A DNA stretch of 64,000 nt from an uncultured Clostridia bacterium. GTDB taxonomy: Bacteria > Bacillota > Clostridia > Christensenellales > UBA3700. The number at the start of each line of letters is the position of its first letter. The stretch's first letter is position 1. The notes beneath the pieces were generated by a model. It saw nothing but the letters and a program-made list of their open reading frames with translations, was not told the DNA's origin and ran no database searches. The DNA lies in assembly GCA_937880755.1 (NCBI GenBank), contig CALGRX010000020.1, positions 149,645-213,644 on the forward strand, given 5' to 3'. The translations under genes and the position numbers were made by a program. Below, piece by piece: positions 1 to 9,798 of this stretch.

Positions 1-53
1 TCTCTCCTTTTTGCATCAATTTTAGCATATCGTTAACTAATTAACAACTAAAA

Positions 54-1373
54 TCATATATCTTTTTCGCTCTTATTGCGTAGTATTATTCTTATAGGCG
101 TACCCTTGAAAGTGAAGGCTTTGCGAAGGGAATTTTCGAGATAACGTTGGTAGCTAAAGTGCAATAGCTTGGTATCGTTGACGAAGAATACGAAAGTCGG
201 CGGATTGGTCGAGGCTTGAGTTACGTAGTAGACCTTGAGCCTCTTGCCGTTGTCGGACGGCGGTTCGACGGCTATCGTTGCGTCTTGAACCACGTCGTTG
301 AGTACGCCCGTTGCAATACGCTTGCTAGCCTCTTCGTACACCTCTAAAGCCTTGGAAAGCAACTTCTCTATCCTCTGTCCCGTCTTGGCGGATACGTATT
401 CTGCCACGAAATAGTCCATAAACTTGAGCTCGGTCAAAATCTTCTTGTTGAAGGTGTTGACGGTGTATGTGTCCTTTTCGATAGTATCCCACTTGTTCAT
501 GACGATGACCGACGGTTTGCCTTGTTCGTGCGCAAAGCCGCAAATCTTGACGTCTTGTTCGCTGAGTCCTTCTTGTGCGTCAATCACCACGAGCACCACG
601 TCTGCCCTACGAATAGCCGCCAAAGAACGCATAACGCTATACTGCTCTACGCCCTCTTCGACGCTCGACTTTTTGCGAATACCCGCCGTATCTATTATAT
701 TAAACTTCTTGCCCTGCCACTCAAAATCCGTGTCGATAGCGTCACGGGTAGTGCCCGCTACGTTGCTGACGATAACTCTGTCGTAGCCCAAGATGCGATT
801 GGTGATAGAGGATTTGCCTGCGTTAGGCTTGCCCACGATAGCCACGTTGAGTTTGCCCTCATCCTGCTGTATATCGTACTTAGGAAGATGCTCTACCACT
901 TCGTCGAGAAGGTCGCCTATGCCCTTGGACTGCTCCGCCGATATCGCAACCACCGTGCCAAGTCCCAACTCGTAAAAGTCAAATGAATTCTCCGTTTCGT
1001 TGTTGTCAAGTTTGTTGACGGCTACGATGATAGGCTTGTTGCAACCACGCAAAAATTCCGCCACTTCGTAGTCGTTGGCGGTAAGTCCACTCTTGCCGTC
1101 GGCAACGTAGACTATCACGTCGGCTATGTCGACTGCTATTTGAGCTTGAGCACGAATATGTTGCCACATTTTGTCTTGGCTCTTTATCTCCAAGCCACCC
1201 GTGTCAACCAAAGTAAAGTTGTATCCGCACCACTCTGCATCGCAATACAACCTATCTCGGGTTACGCCCTCCATATCTTCTACTATACTAACTTTTTTGC
1301 CGACTATTCGGTTGAACAATGTGGATTTGCCCACGTTGGGTCTGCCGACTATAGCCACGAGCGGTTTACTCAT
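54..1373 (-). CDS. der: Ribosome-associated GTPase Der/EngA (two tandem GTPase domains plus KH-like C-terminus)
   Basis: 439-aa ORF with two P-loops (GRPNVGKSTLFN and GKPNAGKSSITN) and DTAG/DTGG motifs. Its start overlaps the stop of the upstream gene. Confidence 0.95.
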   Translation of the reverse strand: MSKPLVAIVGRPNVGKSTLFNRIVGKKVSIVEDMEGVTRDRLYCDAEWCGYNFTLVDTGGLEIKSQDKMWQHIRAQAQIAVDIADVIVYVADGKSGLTANDYEVAEFLRGCNKPIIVAVNKLDNNETENSFDFYELGLGTVVAISAEQSKGIGDLLDEVVEHLPKYDIQQDEGKLNVAIVGKPNAGKSSITNRILGYDRVIVSNVAGTTRDAIDTDFEWQGKKFNIIDTAGIRKKSSVEEGVEQYSVMRSLAAIRRADVVLVVIDAQEGLSEQDVKICGFAHEQGKPSVIVMNKWDTIEKDTYTVNTFNKKILTELKFMDYFVAEYVSAKTGQRIEKLLSKALEVYEEASKRIATGVLNDVVQDATIAVEPPSDNGKRLKVYYVTQASTNPPTFVFFVNDTKLLHFSYQRYLENSLRKAFTFKGTPIRIILRNKSEKDI

Positions 1374-2655
1374 TTGCCACCTCGCTAATTATTTTGATTA
1401 CGTCACCGCCACCACCGCTAACGTAGATTTTGCTATCCAATTTTTCCGACAATTCTTGCACGCTCATTCCGTCCAAAAAAGTGGTGGTAAACTCCCTGAG
1501 CATATTGGCGGGTATTACTACTCTACCACACGGCTCTTGTACTTGTGCTATTATATCCTTTGCCGTGATAAGCCCCGCAACCGTGATACTCTCGCCGAAA
1601 TGGTCGTTGCGCACGGCGTGTATGGTATATTGCAACCCCGAAAATTTGCTCTTGGCTCTCTCTAGCAAACTCGATAGTACGTCGCAAAACGACTTGCCCG
1701 TAACGAAATCTAGTTTTATCTGCTTGTTGCTCGGTTGTACGGCGTCGAGCGCAACCTCAAACTCTCTCTCGAATTGTGCGACCAAACCGACGCCGTTCTC
1801 GATTTGACCAAAGTCGCCGTAACTGTCGTAGTCGGGAAGAGGTAATCGGGCTTTGAGATAAAATTCGTCCGAGCAGTAGCAAAAACTTCCTCCTACGTGC
1901 TTATCAAACTTCTCTACTTGCTCTATCACCTTGCGGGCGCAATCCTCGTCGATTGGTTGCAACTCGTACAAACCCTCTCTGTGTCCGCTCAAACCTACGG
2001 GGATGACCGCCACCGAAAGCAAGTTAGGTCTTAAATCGTATAGACGGCACAAGGTTTCTTGCAATTTTTCTCCGTCGTTGATACCCTTGCAAAGTACGAT
2101 TTGGGCGTGCATTTGAATGTCGTGCTCTTTGAGATATTGCATCTTGTCAAAGAGTTCTGCTCCGTGTGGATTGGCAACCATCAACTTCTTGGTTGCCTTG
2201 TCGTAGCAATGCACCGAGATATACAGCGGGCTGAGTTTGAGTCTTGCGATACGCTCCAATTCTTTGTCGCCTACGTTGGTGAGGGTGACGTAGTTGCCAC
2301 TGACAAAGGATAGACGATAATCGTCGTCCTTGACGTAGAGAGTATCTCTCATACCCTTAGGAAGTTGGTCAACGAAACAAAAGATACACTTGTTTTTGCA
2401 GGGCATAACGTTGAGTTCCACACTCTCATCAAGTGTAAGTCCTAACTTTTCGTCAACGTCTTTCTCAATCTCGACGTCGACGATATCCCCTTGCTTGCTC
2501 TTGATATTCATCACAAACTCTTCTTGGTCGTCGTAGTAGAGATAGTCGAGAATATCAACGAGAGGATAGCCGTCGAAGCCTAAAAGCTCGTCGCCTACCT
2601 CGAGTCCTATCTCTTTGCCTATGGAATTGTCGTCTATTGCCGTTACTTTTGCCAT
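1366..2655 (-). CDS. DUF512-type PDZ/radical-SAM-like protein
   Basis: 429 aa with a PDZ-like N-terminus (GLEVGDELLGFDG) and a CKNKCIFCF cysteine motif. The position immediately upstream of der is typical for Clostridia. Confidence 0.75.
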   Translation of the reverse strand: MAKVTAIDDNSIGKEIGLEVGDELLGFDGYPLVDILDYLYYDDQEEFVMNIKSKQGDIVDVEIEKDVDEKLGLTLDESVELNVMPCKNKCIFCFVDQLPKGMRDTLYVKDDDYRLSFVSGNYVTLTNVGDKELERIARLKLSPLYISVHCYDKATKKLMVANPHGAELFDKMQYLKEHDIQMHAQIVLCKGINDGEKLQETLCRLYDLRPNLLSVAVIPVGLSGHREGLYELQPIDEDCARKVIEQVEKFDKHVGGSFCYCSDEFYLKARLPLPDYDSYGDFGQIENGVGLVAQFEREFEVALDAVQPSNKQIKLDFVTGKSFCDVLSSLLERAKSKFSGLQYTIHAVRNDHFGESITVAGLITAKDIIAQVQEPCGRVVIPANMLREFTTTFLDGMSVQELSEKLDSKIYVSGGGGDVIKIISEVANE

Positions 2656-2907
2656 AATTCACCTATGGGTGATTATATAATAATATTATTACAAAGTAAA
2701 GCAAATTTCGCCTAAGCATAGTAGTTAGAGCATGAAAAATATGTCAAAATTGCGATATATGCGTAAATCTATCTCACTAAAAACCATATAAAATCCAACT
2801 CGCGATTGACTCAAAATCAAAACACTATGGCAGTCAACACAAAATTTGCTAGAAGTTGTCAACAAAAAATCCCACGCCAAAAACACGAAAAAACAAACGA
2901 TAATACA

Positions 2908-2935
2908 CAAAAAAGTCGATACGTATCGACTTTTT
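2908..2935. terminator. Bidirectional rho-independent terminator closing the rnj-to-ppiB operon
   Basis: A6-GTCGATACGTATCGAC-T6 is a perfect 16-nt palindrome flanked by A and T runs, 34 nt past the ppiB stop. Confidence 0.7.
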
Positions 2936-2968
2936 TGATGTTTTGGGTATCGTTGACAAGTGGCAGGG

Positions 2969-3463
2969 TTAGGCTCTTTTGATAGTCTTGATGACGATTG
3001 GCTCGTAAGGCACGTCGTCGTAGTATCCTACCGATACGGTATATACTTTGGATATATCCACTGCAATATCGACGCTCTCTTGGTCACTCAAACGACCGAA
3101 CGTCGCGTATTCTCCGTCAAGAAAAGGCGTATCCTCTACGCATATAAAGAACTGCGAGCTAGCCGAATTGGGCATATTGGTCCTCGCCATTGACAGCACT
3201 CCCTTGGTATGCTTGAGAGGATTGTCGTAGCCATTGGACTTAAATTCACCCTTGATAGCCGAAGCGTTCTTGGGATTAAAAGCCACGTCCATACCTCCGC
3301 CTTGAATCATAAATTTTGGAATTACTCTATGAAAAATCAGTCCCGCAAAAAAGTCCTCGTCGATAAGCTTGAGAAAATTCTCGACGGTAACGGGCGCTAC
3401 GTCTTCGTAGAGCTCGGCGTTCATAACTCTGCCGTCACTAAGTACAATCTGAATCTTTTGCAT
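2969..3463 (-). CDS. ppiB: Cyclophilin-type peptidyl-prolyl cis-trans isomerase
   Basis: 164 aa with the cyclophilin signatures FHRVIPKFMIQGG and SMARTNMPNSASSQFFI. Confidence 0.9.
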   Translation of the reverse strand: MQKIQIVLSDGRVMNAELYEDVAPVTVENFLKLIDEDFFAGLIFHRVIPKFMIQGGGMDVAFNPKNASAIKGEFKSNGYDNPLKHTKGVLSMARTNMPNSASSQFFICVEDTPFLDGEYATFGRLSDQESVDIAVDISKVYTVSVGYYDDVPYEPIVIKTIKRA

Positions 3464-3472
3464 ATAATCCTC

Positions 3473-3760
3473 CTAATATTGAAAATCTACGCTGTGCGAC
3501 TTGGCAACCACACTCTTGACGTACTGCATAACGGGTACGTGAACGGGGTGGTCTTTGTATACTTGCATATCGGCAAGGCTGTCGAAAGTGCAAATCAAAA
3601 CTACGTCAAAACTCCTATCAGAGCCAAGACAATCTTTGCCCGATTCTATAGATTTGAGCACCTCGATTTTACCTTGCATTGACGTAAATCTTGCTACGAG
3701 CGCGTCTTTTGCCTCTTGGCTATCGTCTAGAAGCTTATACATTACTACGTGTTTAATCAT
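3473..3760 (-). CDS. Dabb (stress-responsive A/B-barrel) family protein
   Basis: 95 aa beginning MIKHVVMYKL, with a Dabb-like layout. It overlaps the upstream gene's stop by 8 nt. Confidence 0.75.
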   Translation of the reverse strand: MIKHVVMYKLLDDSQEAKDALVARFTSMQGKIEVLKSIESGKDCLGSDRSFDVVLICTFDSLADMQVYKDHPVHVPVMQYVKSVVAKSHSVDFQY

Positions 3761-4958
3761 TGTTATTTTCCTCCGTATTTTCGTCCTCGCCTGGTTTTTG
3801 CATTGTCTGCCTATGTTCGTACGCCCTATCAGTCAAGGTTGAACAAACCATTGAAGTCGTATCCTCTCCTCTGCCGTCTAGTCGAGCCATCGCCATGTCG
3901 TACTCGCCCTCGTCGTTGAGCAACGATAGCACGGACGATATAAGTTGATGCTTGCCCGCTCCACAGTACGCCAACGACTGACTGGTGAGATAGGAATAAT
4001 TGCCCTTTTCGACGTTGTTCATAGGCTTGATAAGTACCATTGGCAAGCGATTGGCAATGGCTTCGAACGTAACCCCCGCCGTTGGCGAAGTCACTAAAAC
4101 GCCGGCTATAGAATATAACTCTTGCATATCTTGCACGTTGTCGACTAGCGATACGTTGCTATCAATCCCCTTGTTGTTACAATAGGTCTTGATATAATTT
4201 TTGAGGCTCTTGCTACCCGAAGTAACGACGATGAGATTGACGGTGCGATAGTACTCGCCAAGCACGCTAAACGCGTCTTTGAGATAGTCGCAACCGTATC
4301 TACCCCCCACCATCAAAATGACGGGAAGCGATTGATCTACGCCGTACTTTTGACAAGTAGCCTCCCTATCGTAAGTGACTTGACTATGCTTGGCGGGAGT
4401 GCCGGCTACGAGTATCTTTTGGCTATCTACGCCGGCTGATAGCATAGCTTGCGCCACTTGTTGATTTTGAACGAAATAGCCGTCGCTAAGTGCGTTGATG
4501 AAGTCGAAGTCTAGACAATAATCGGTGGTCATCGCATAGATTGGCATATTTTTGCCAAGCTTTTTGCGAGCCTTGAGTGCTTTGTCGTGCGACTTAGGCG
4601 ATAGACACAAAACCACGTCGGGATCAAACCTTTTGAGCACGTTGTCTATCTTGCGATATTTGACCTTAACGTCTCCTTCCTTGGGTTGAGCCTCGGTGCT
4701 CTCAGCCCCGTCTTCTACCTCTTTCTTAGTCCCAAATAGCCTTATCGGTCCGACAAATCTATTGAAAATCGGCAACAATCTAGCGCTGGCTTTGTATAGT
4801 CCGCGTTGAATTTTGGCTGAGAAAAGATAGGAAAACCTGTCTTGGTCTACCGCCACGACCTCGTAGTCGCGATAATTGACTCTCAAATAGTCCTCTATCG
4901 CCATAGCCGATTGGTCGTACACTCCGCTTTGATACAAAATCAAAACCGTCCCTTTCAT
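3753..4958 (-). CDS. MGDG-synthase/UgtP-like glycosyltransferase (GT28 family)
   Basis: 401 aa. The C-terminal half resembles the Glyco_tran_28 C-domain (PVILMVGG ... TSPTAGVTFEAIANRLPMVLIKP). The N-terminal GxGH motif is degenerate and the tail is acidic. Confidence 0.6.
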   Translation of the reverse strand: MKGTVLILYQSGVYDQSAMAIEDYLRVNYRDYEVVAVDQDRFSYLFSAKIQRGLYKASARLLPIFNRFVGPIRLFGTKKEVEDGAESTEAQPKEGDVKVKYRKIDNVLKRFDPDVVLCLSPKSHDKALKARKKLGKNMPIYAMTTDYCLDFDFINALSDGYFVQNQQVAQAMLSAGVDSQKILVAGTPAKHSQVTYDREATCQKYGVDQSLPVILMVGGRYGCDYLKDAFSVLGEYYRTVNLIVVTSGSKSLKNYIKTYCNNKGIDSNVSLVDNVQDMQELYSIAGVLVTSPTAGVTFEAIANRLPMVLIKPMNNVEKGNYSYLTSQSLAYCGAGKHQLISSVLSLLNDEGEYDMAMARLDGRGEDTTSMVCSTLTDRAYEHRQTMQKPGEDENTEENNND

Positions 4959-6187
4959 CTATTTACCTCTTTGCGTAAAATATCTTTTGGCTCTAGCCTA
5001 TATTGGGTAGGGATATACAATACTTGTTGGACGATTTTGGCGTCATCTATCTCCTCGCCTAAGCTATCGTATATCTTATCTACCTTGATAATCTTATTCC
5101 AACAATCGCCGTCAGCGGACAAAATTTCTAGCTCGTCGCCTACCTTAAATCTATTGCGTTGCTCGACTATCACGCAACCTCTCTCTTCGTCGTATCCCAA
5201 AACCTCGGCGATAAACTCGTAGTCGCAACTAGGCTGAGAAGTGGTAAGACATACGCTATCCGACGAGTCGAAGTAAAAGCCCGTGGTGTAATCTCTATGA
5301 CTGTTTTTGAACAGCTCGCCAATCAGCATATCATTAGGCTTGTAATGCTCGGGGTCTTGATAGTATAAGTCGATTGCCTTGCGATAGGCGTTGGTGACGC
5401 TTGCCACGTAATAAGGCGATTTCATTCTACCCTCTATCTTGAAGGAATATACTCCACAATCTATTAGGCGGTCGATATACTCTATCATATTGAGGTCCTT
5501 GGAATTGAGAATATAAGTGCCTTTATCTCCCTCTTGACCTATCGTGAGCGGATTGCCTCCGCGGTTGGCTTCCACCATTTGATATTCCCACCTACACGCT
5601 TGTACGCAATCGCCCCTATTGGACGAACGTCCCGTCAATGCGTTGGAAAGTAGACACCTTCCGCTGTAGGATATGCACATTGCACCGTGAACGAAAGCCT
5701 CTATCTCCACGTCGCTAGGCAAAAAATCGCGTATTTCTCTCACGTCTTTGAGCGAAGTTTCTCTCGCAAGCACTATCCTCTTAGCGCCCAAATCCGCCCA
5801 AAACTTGGCAGAATATTTGTTGGTGGTGTTGGCTTGGGTAGAGATATGTATCTCCATATTAGGCGCATACTTCTTGCAAATCGTCATCACGCCGGGGTCG
5901 GAGATAATCACCGCATCGACGCCTATATCGTGGAGAAAAGCAAAGTACTCGCCAAGTCTGACGAAGTCGTCGTTTTTTGCCAAAATATTGGTGGCAATAT
6001 ATATCCTTTTGCCCATAGCGTGGGTGTACTTGACGGCTTCGATAAGTGCGTTGTCGTCAAAGTTTTTGGCGTTGGCACGCAAACTGAAGGCGTTGCCACC
6101 CGCATACACCGCGTCGGCACCGAAGTGCAACGCCGTCTTGAGTTTGTTGAGATCTCCCGCGGGAGATAATAGTTCCGTCTTGTTCAT
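4955..6187 (-). CDS. Peptidase U32 family protein (TrhP/YrrO-like, implicated in tRNA ho5U34 formation)
   Basis: 410 aa beginning MNKTELLSPAGDLNKLKTALHFGADAVYAGG, a typical U32 N-terminus. It overlaps both neighbouring genes by 4 nt. Confidence 0.85.
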   Translation of the reverse strand: MNKTELLSPAGDLNKLKTALHFGADAVYAGGNAFSLRANAKNFDDNALIEAVKYTHAMGKRIYIATNILAKNDDFVRLGEYFAFLHDIGVDAVIISDPGVMTICKKYAPNMEIHISTQANTTNKYSAKFWADLGAKRIVLARETSLKDVREIRDFLPSDVEIEAFVHGAMCISYSGRCLLSNALTGRSSNRGDCVQACRWEYQMVEANRGGNPLTIGQEGDKGTYILNSKDLNMIEYIDRLIDCGVYSFKIEGRMKSPYYVASVTNAYRKAIDLYYQDPEHYKPNDMLIGELFKNSHRDYTTGFYFDSSDSVCLTTSQPSCDYEFIAEVLGYDEERGCVIVEQRNRFKVGDELEILSADGDCWNKIIKVDKIYDSLGEEIDDAKIVQQVLYIPTQYRLEPKDILRKEVNR

Positions 6188-6771
6188 TTTTTCCTTATTA
6201 TCGCAACTCCGTTGCCCGCTCTAACTATTTTGCATTCTACGCCGTCGTCGTTTTGCACCGTAGAGAGGAATTGTCTTAGGTTGATAACAATCGTCCTGTG
6301 CTTGTGCGGTACGAATTCTTCGCCCTCTACCATACCGAAGTACAATACGTCGTCGGCAAAGACCACTCCGCCCTCGGATAGGTGAGGCAAGCAAGTAAGA
6401 TAATGCGACAAATACTTGCTCTTAGGTCCGTCAATGAAGATAAAATCATACTCTTTGCCCTCGATGACGCTCTCCAATATCTCGTCCGCATTGCCGAGAT
6501 AAGCGTTGATTCTATCGTCAATGCCAAGCCTTTTCCATAGAGATATTGCCTCTTGGCGCCTCGTGTCGTCCATCTCGATGGTGTCGATAACAGCATCACT
6601 GTTTAGCGCCATGAGCGACGCCGAATAGCCTATTGCCGTGCCTATCTCCAATATTCTGCGAGGCTTGAGCTCCTCTACCGTCCTAATCAAAACCTCTCGA
6701 CTGTCGTCGTCTATGACGGGGACGTGTCTATCCCTGGCGCTTGTCAGTACTTGTGATAAAATCTCATTCAT
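6184..6771 (-). CDS. Class I SAM-dependent O-methyltransferase (TrmR/YrrM-like)
   Basis: 195 aa with SAM motif I (ILEIGTAIGYS) and the FIFIDGPK motif. It is adjacent to the U32 gene, as in the B. subtilis yrrMNO locus. Confidence 0.75.
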   Translation of the reverse strand: MNEILSQVLTSARDRHVPVIDDDSREVLIRTVEELKPRRILEIGTAIGYSASLMALNSDAVIDTIEMDDTRRQEAISLWKRLGIDDRINAYLGNADEILESVIEGKEYDFIFIDGPKSKYLSHYLTCLPHLSEGGVVFADDVLYFGMVEGEEFVPHKHRTIVINLRQFLSTVQNDDGVECKIVRAGNGVAIIRKK

Positions 6772-8420
6772 TTTTCCATCACTATAGGAAGCACCATTGG
6801 CTTTTGGCGAAGCTTGTTGTTGAAGTATCTATTTATCTTCTTGCGTACGTTGCCCTTAAATTCTTCCCTAATCTCAGGCTTGTTGTAGTTGGTGTCGTCG
6901 AAGACCTTTTCGACAATGGACTTGATATAGTCGGTCTGCTCTTCGTCTAAGCTGATACCTCTGGCAATAACCTCGACGGGCGCACACATGCTCTTGTCTT
7001 GCACCGATACGCTGATAAGAACTATCACCAGCCCTTCTTTGCTGAGTTGGTGTCTGTCTTTGAGTATAGACGCGTCGACTCCGGCTAAGCCGTCCACGTA
7101 AGTGTTGCCGGCTACCACGTTGTCTAGCCTCGTCAAGCCCTTTTTGCTAACGGCTATGCAACTACCTATCTCTGCTATCATTGTATTCTTGGGATTGACT
7201 CCGAGCGATATTGCCAATTCTCTATTTTGTTGCATATGGCGATATTCGCCGTGCACGGGTATAAAAAATTGCGGTTTGACGAGCGTGGTCATGAGTTTGA
7301 TTTCTTCTTGACAAGCGTGTCCCGATACGTGCAAGGCTTCCAAAGAGCCGTACAACACCTTTGCCCCTCTGCGATAGAGGTTGTTGATGACGTTGTACAC
7401 CGCCTTTTCGTTGCCGGGAATTGGCGACGACGATATGATGATAAGGTCGTTGTCGCCCACTACCACTTTGTCTTCGCCGTTGCACATTCTCGTCAAAGCA
7501 CTCATCGGCTCGCCTTGCGAACCCGTGGTGATGATGCAAAGTTTGTGAGGCTCGATATCGCCTATCTTGTCTATGTCTAATATAGTCTGCTCGCCCGCCG
7601 ACAATAGTTTGAGTTCCTTAGCCATAACGGAGATATTCTTCATACTCCTGCCGTTGAAAGCTACTCGTCTACCTAAGTTTTCGCAAATAGATATGATTTG
7701 CTGTATGCGATTGATATTGGACGCAAAGGTGGCGATGATGATACGCTTGTCGGTGTTGTTGCGTATGATTTTGTCGAGCGTTTCGCCTACTTTGGTCTCG
7801 GATATCGTCGAGCCTTGCTTCTCGATATTGGTCGACTCGCCGAGCATAAGTCTAACTCCCTTGTTGCCTATCTCGGCAATGCGCGATAGGTTGATATGCT
7901 CGCCCGATATCGGCGTATAGTCTATCTTGTAGTCGCCCGTGTGAAATACCACGCCCTCGGGGGTGGTGATTGACAGCGCAAAAGCACCGCTGATTGAGTG
8001 CGTGACGCTGATAAATTCTACGTCGAAACAGCCGACTTTACGCACCTCTCCACCCTTGACGGTATTGAGTTTGGGGATAGAGATCCCCTTCTCTTTGAGC
8101 TTGTGCTTGACGAGCGCAAGCGTCAAAGAACTGCCGTATACGGGGATTTGACGACAGTCGTCCAATAGATACGGAAGACCGCCGATATGGTCCTCGTGTC
8201 CGTGTGTGATTACTATGCCTCTAATCTTGTCGTAGTTGTCCTCTAGATAGCTAAAGTCGGGTACGATTACGTCGACACCCGGCGTGTCAACTGTGGGAAA
8301 AGTACAGCCACAATCTATGATAAGTATATTGTCGCCGTATTCGAGAGCAGTCATGTTTTTGCCAATCTCGCCCACGCCACCCAAAAAGACAACTTTGAGT
8401 TGTTTTTTCTTTCTTGCCAT
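6768..8420 (-). CDS. rnj: Ribonuclease J
   Basis: Metallo-beta-lactamase/beta-CASP protein with HGHEDHIGG. I chose the start at MARKKKQLKVVFLGG (ATG 8420), which is preceded by GGAGG; the track ORF extends 6 codons further upstream. Confidence 0.95.
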   Translation of the reverse strand: MARKKKQLKVVFLGGVGEIGKNMTALEYGDNILIIDCGCTFPTVDTPGVDVIVPDFSYLEDNYDKIRGIVITHGHEDHIGGLPYLLDDCRQIPVYGSSLTLALVKHKLKEKGISIPKLNTVKGGEVRKVGCFDVEFISVTHSISGAFALSITTPEGVVFHTGDYKIDYTPISGEHINLSRIAEIGNKGVRLMLGESTNIEKQGSTISETKVGETLDKIIRNNTDKRIIIATFASNINRIQQIISICENLGRRVAFNGRSMKNISVMAKELKLLSAGEQTILDIDKIGDIEPHKLCIITTGSQGEPMSALTRMCNGEDKVVVGDNDLIIISSSPIPGNEKAVYNVINNLYRRGAKVLYGSLEALHVSGHACQEEIKLMTTLVKPQFFIPVHGEYRHMQQNRELAISLGVNPKNTMIAEIGSCIAVSKKGLTRLDNVVAGNTYVDGLAGVDASILKDRHQLSKEGLVIVLISVSVQDKSMCAPVEVIARGISLDEEQTDYIKSIVEKVFDDTNYNKPEIREEFKGNVRKKINRYFNNKLRQKPMVLPIVMEK

Positions 8421-8648
8421 ATATATCCTCCAAGGCATTAAGCCTAAATTCTAAATAAACGTCTACAAAAATCGAGCTAACCTCTACCGATAATTGTAAA
8501 CATACTACGTTGATTTTATTATATATAAAAATAATTAAAAAGGCAAGGGATATATCAAAATATACGACTCAATAAAGTGCGACAATATCTTTTTGGAGAT
8601 TTTTTTCAAAATATTTGTCGATTATTTTGATTGCTTGCACTTTTTGGG

Positions 8649-8677
8649 TTGATAAATGCAAAATAGAGTGCTATAAT
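8649..8677 (+). promoter_or_regulatory. Sigma-A-type promoter for serC-serA
   Basis: TTGATA, a 17-nt spacer, then TATAAT, about 35 nt upstream of the serC ATG. Confidence 0.55.
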
Positions 8678-8712
8678 CATACTAATATAATAAAATCTTA
8701 TAGGAGATCTAT

Positions 8713-9789
8713 ATGAGAGTTTACAATTTTTCGGCAGGTCCGTCGATGTTGCCTCTCGAAGTTCTTGAGCAAGCGCAAAGAGACTTCGTCGATTACTGCG
8801 GATGCGGTATGAGCGTGACGGAAATGAGCCATCGTAGCAAATTTTATGATGAGATACATACCGAATGTATCGCACTCCTCAAAGAGTTGATGAACGTACC
8901 TGACAATTACGAAGTTCTTTTGGTGCAAGGCGGTGCTTCTACCCAATTCGAAGCTATCCCTCTCAACCTACTCCCTGACACCAACGGCAAAGCCGACTAT
9001 ATCGTGACGGGCAACTTTGCAAAAAAGGCTTATAAGGAAGCTAAGAAATTCGGCGATATTCACCTCGCCGCGTCATCAGAGGACAAAACCTTTACTTACA
9101 TTCCTAAAAACCCTGACCTAAGAGATGACAGTCTGTATACGTATATATGCCAAAACAATACCATCTTTGGTACGAGATACACCACTCTCCCTACCCTCAA
9201 AAGCGGTGTCTTGGTAGCTGACGTATCTTCCAACATTCTCAGCGAAGTAATGGACGTAAATAAGTACGGCGTACTTTATGCCGGCGCACAAAAGAACGTA
9301 GCCCCCGCAGGCGTGACTATCGTCATCGTTCGCAAAGACCTCATCGGCGATGGTCAATCGATTTGTCCTACTATGCTTAAGTGGAAGACTCAAGCCGAAG
9401 CGGGAAGCCTTTATAATACCCCTCCTTGCTTCTCCATCTATATGGCTATGCTCAACCTCAGACATCTCAAAAAGTTGGGCGGTGTGAGCGAAATCCAAAA
9501 AATCAACGAGTACAAGGCAGGTCTTTTGTACGACTTTATCGACAATAGCTCCTTCTACTCCAACTATGTCAACAAGGAAGACCGCTCTTTGATGAATGTG
9601 CCTTTCGTGACGGGCGACAAGGATATGGACGCAAAATTCGTCAAAGAAGCCGGCGAAAACGGTCTGCTCTCTATCAAAGGTCACAAGCTCGTGGGCGGTA
9701 TGAGAGCTTCTATCTACAACGCTATGCCTGTAGAGGGCGTAAAAGCTTTGATAGAATTTATGAAAAAATTTGAACTAGCTAACAAATAA
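8713..9789 (+). CDS. serC: Phosphoserine aminotransferase
   Basis: 358 aa beginning MRVYNFSAGPSMLP with the SerC family layout. RBS is AGGAG. Confidence 0.95.
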   Translation: MRVYNFSAGPSMLPLEVLEQAQRDFVDYCGCGMSVTEMSHRSKFYDEIHTECIALLKELMNVPDNYEVLLVQGGASTQFEAIPLNLLPDTNGKADYIVTGNFAKKAYKEAKKFGDIHLAASSEDKTFTYIPKNPDLRDDSLYTYICQNNTIFGTRYTTLPTLKSGVLVADVSSNILSEVMDVNKYGVLYAGAQKNVAPAGVTIVIVRKDLIGDGQSICPTMLKWKTQAEAGSLYNTPPCFSIYMAMLNLRHLKKLGGVSEIQKINEYKAGLLYDFIDNSSFYSNYVNKEDRSLMNVPFVTGDKDMDAKFVKEAGENGLLSIKGHKLVGGMRASIYNAMPVEGVKALIEFMKKFELANK

Positions 9790-9798
9790 GGAGATATT

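Noticed and set aside
2725-2910. A 61-aa ORF in the AT-rich gap downstream of ppiB, and a 36-aa ORF (MTQPNCAYHGLL ...) on the minus strand near 60120-60230.
   Set aside because: Neither has a convincing RBS, both have odd composition, and both lie in promoter or terminator regions. There is no paralog or conservation signal that I can see.
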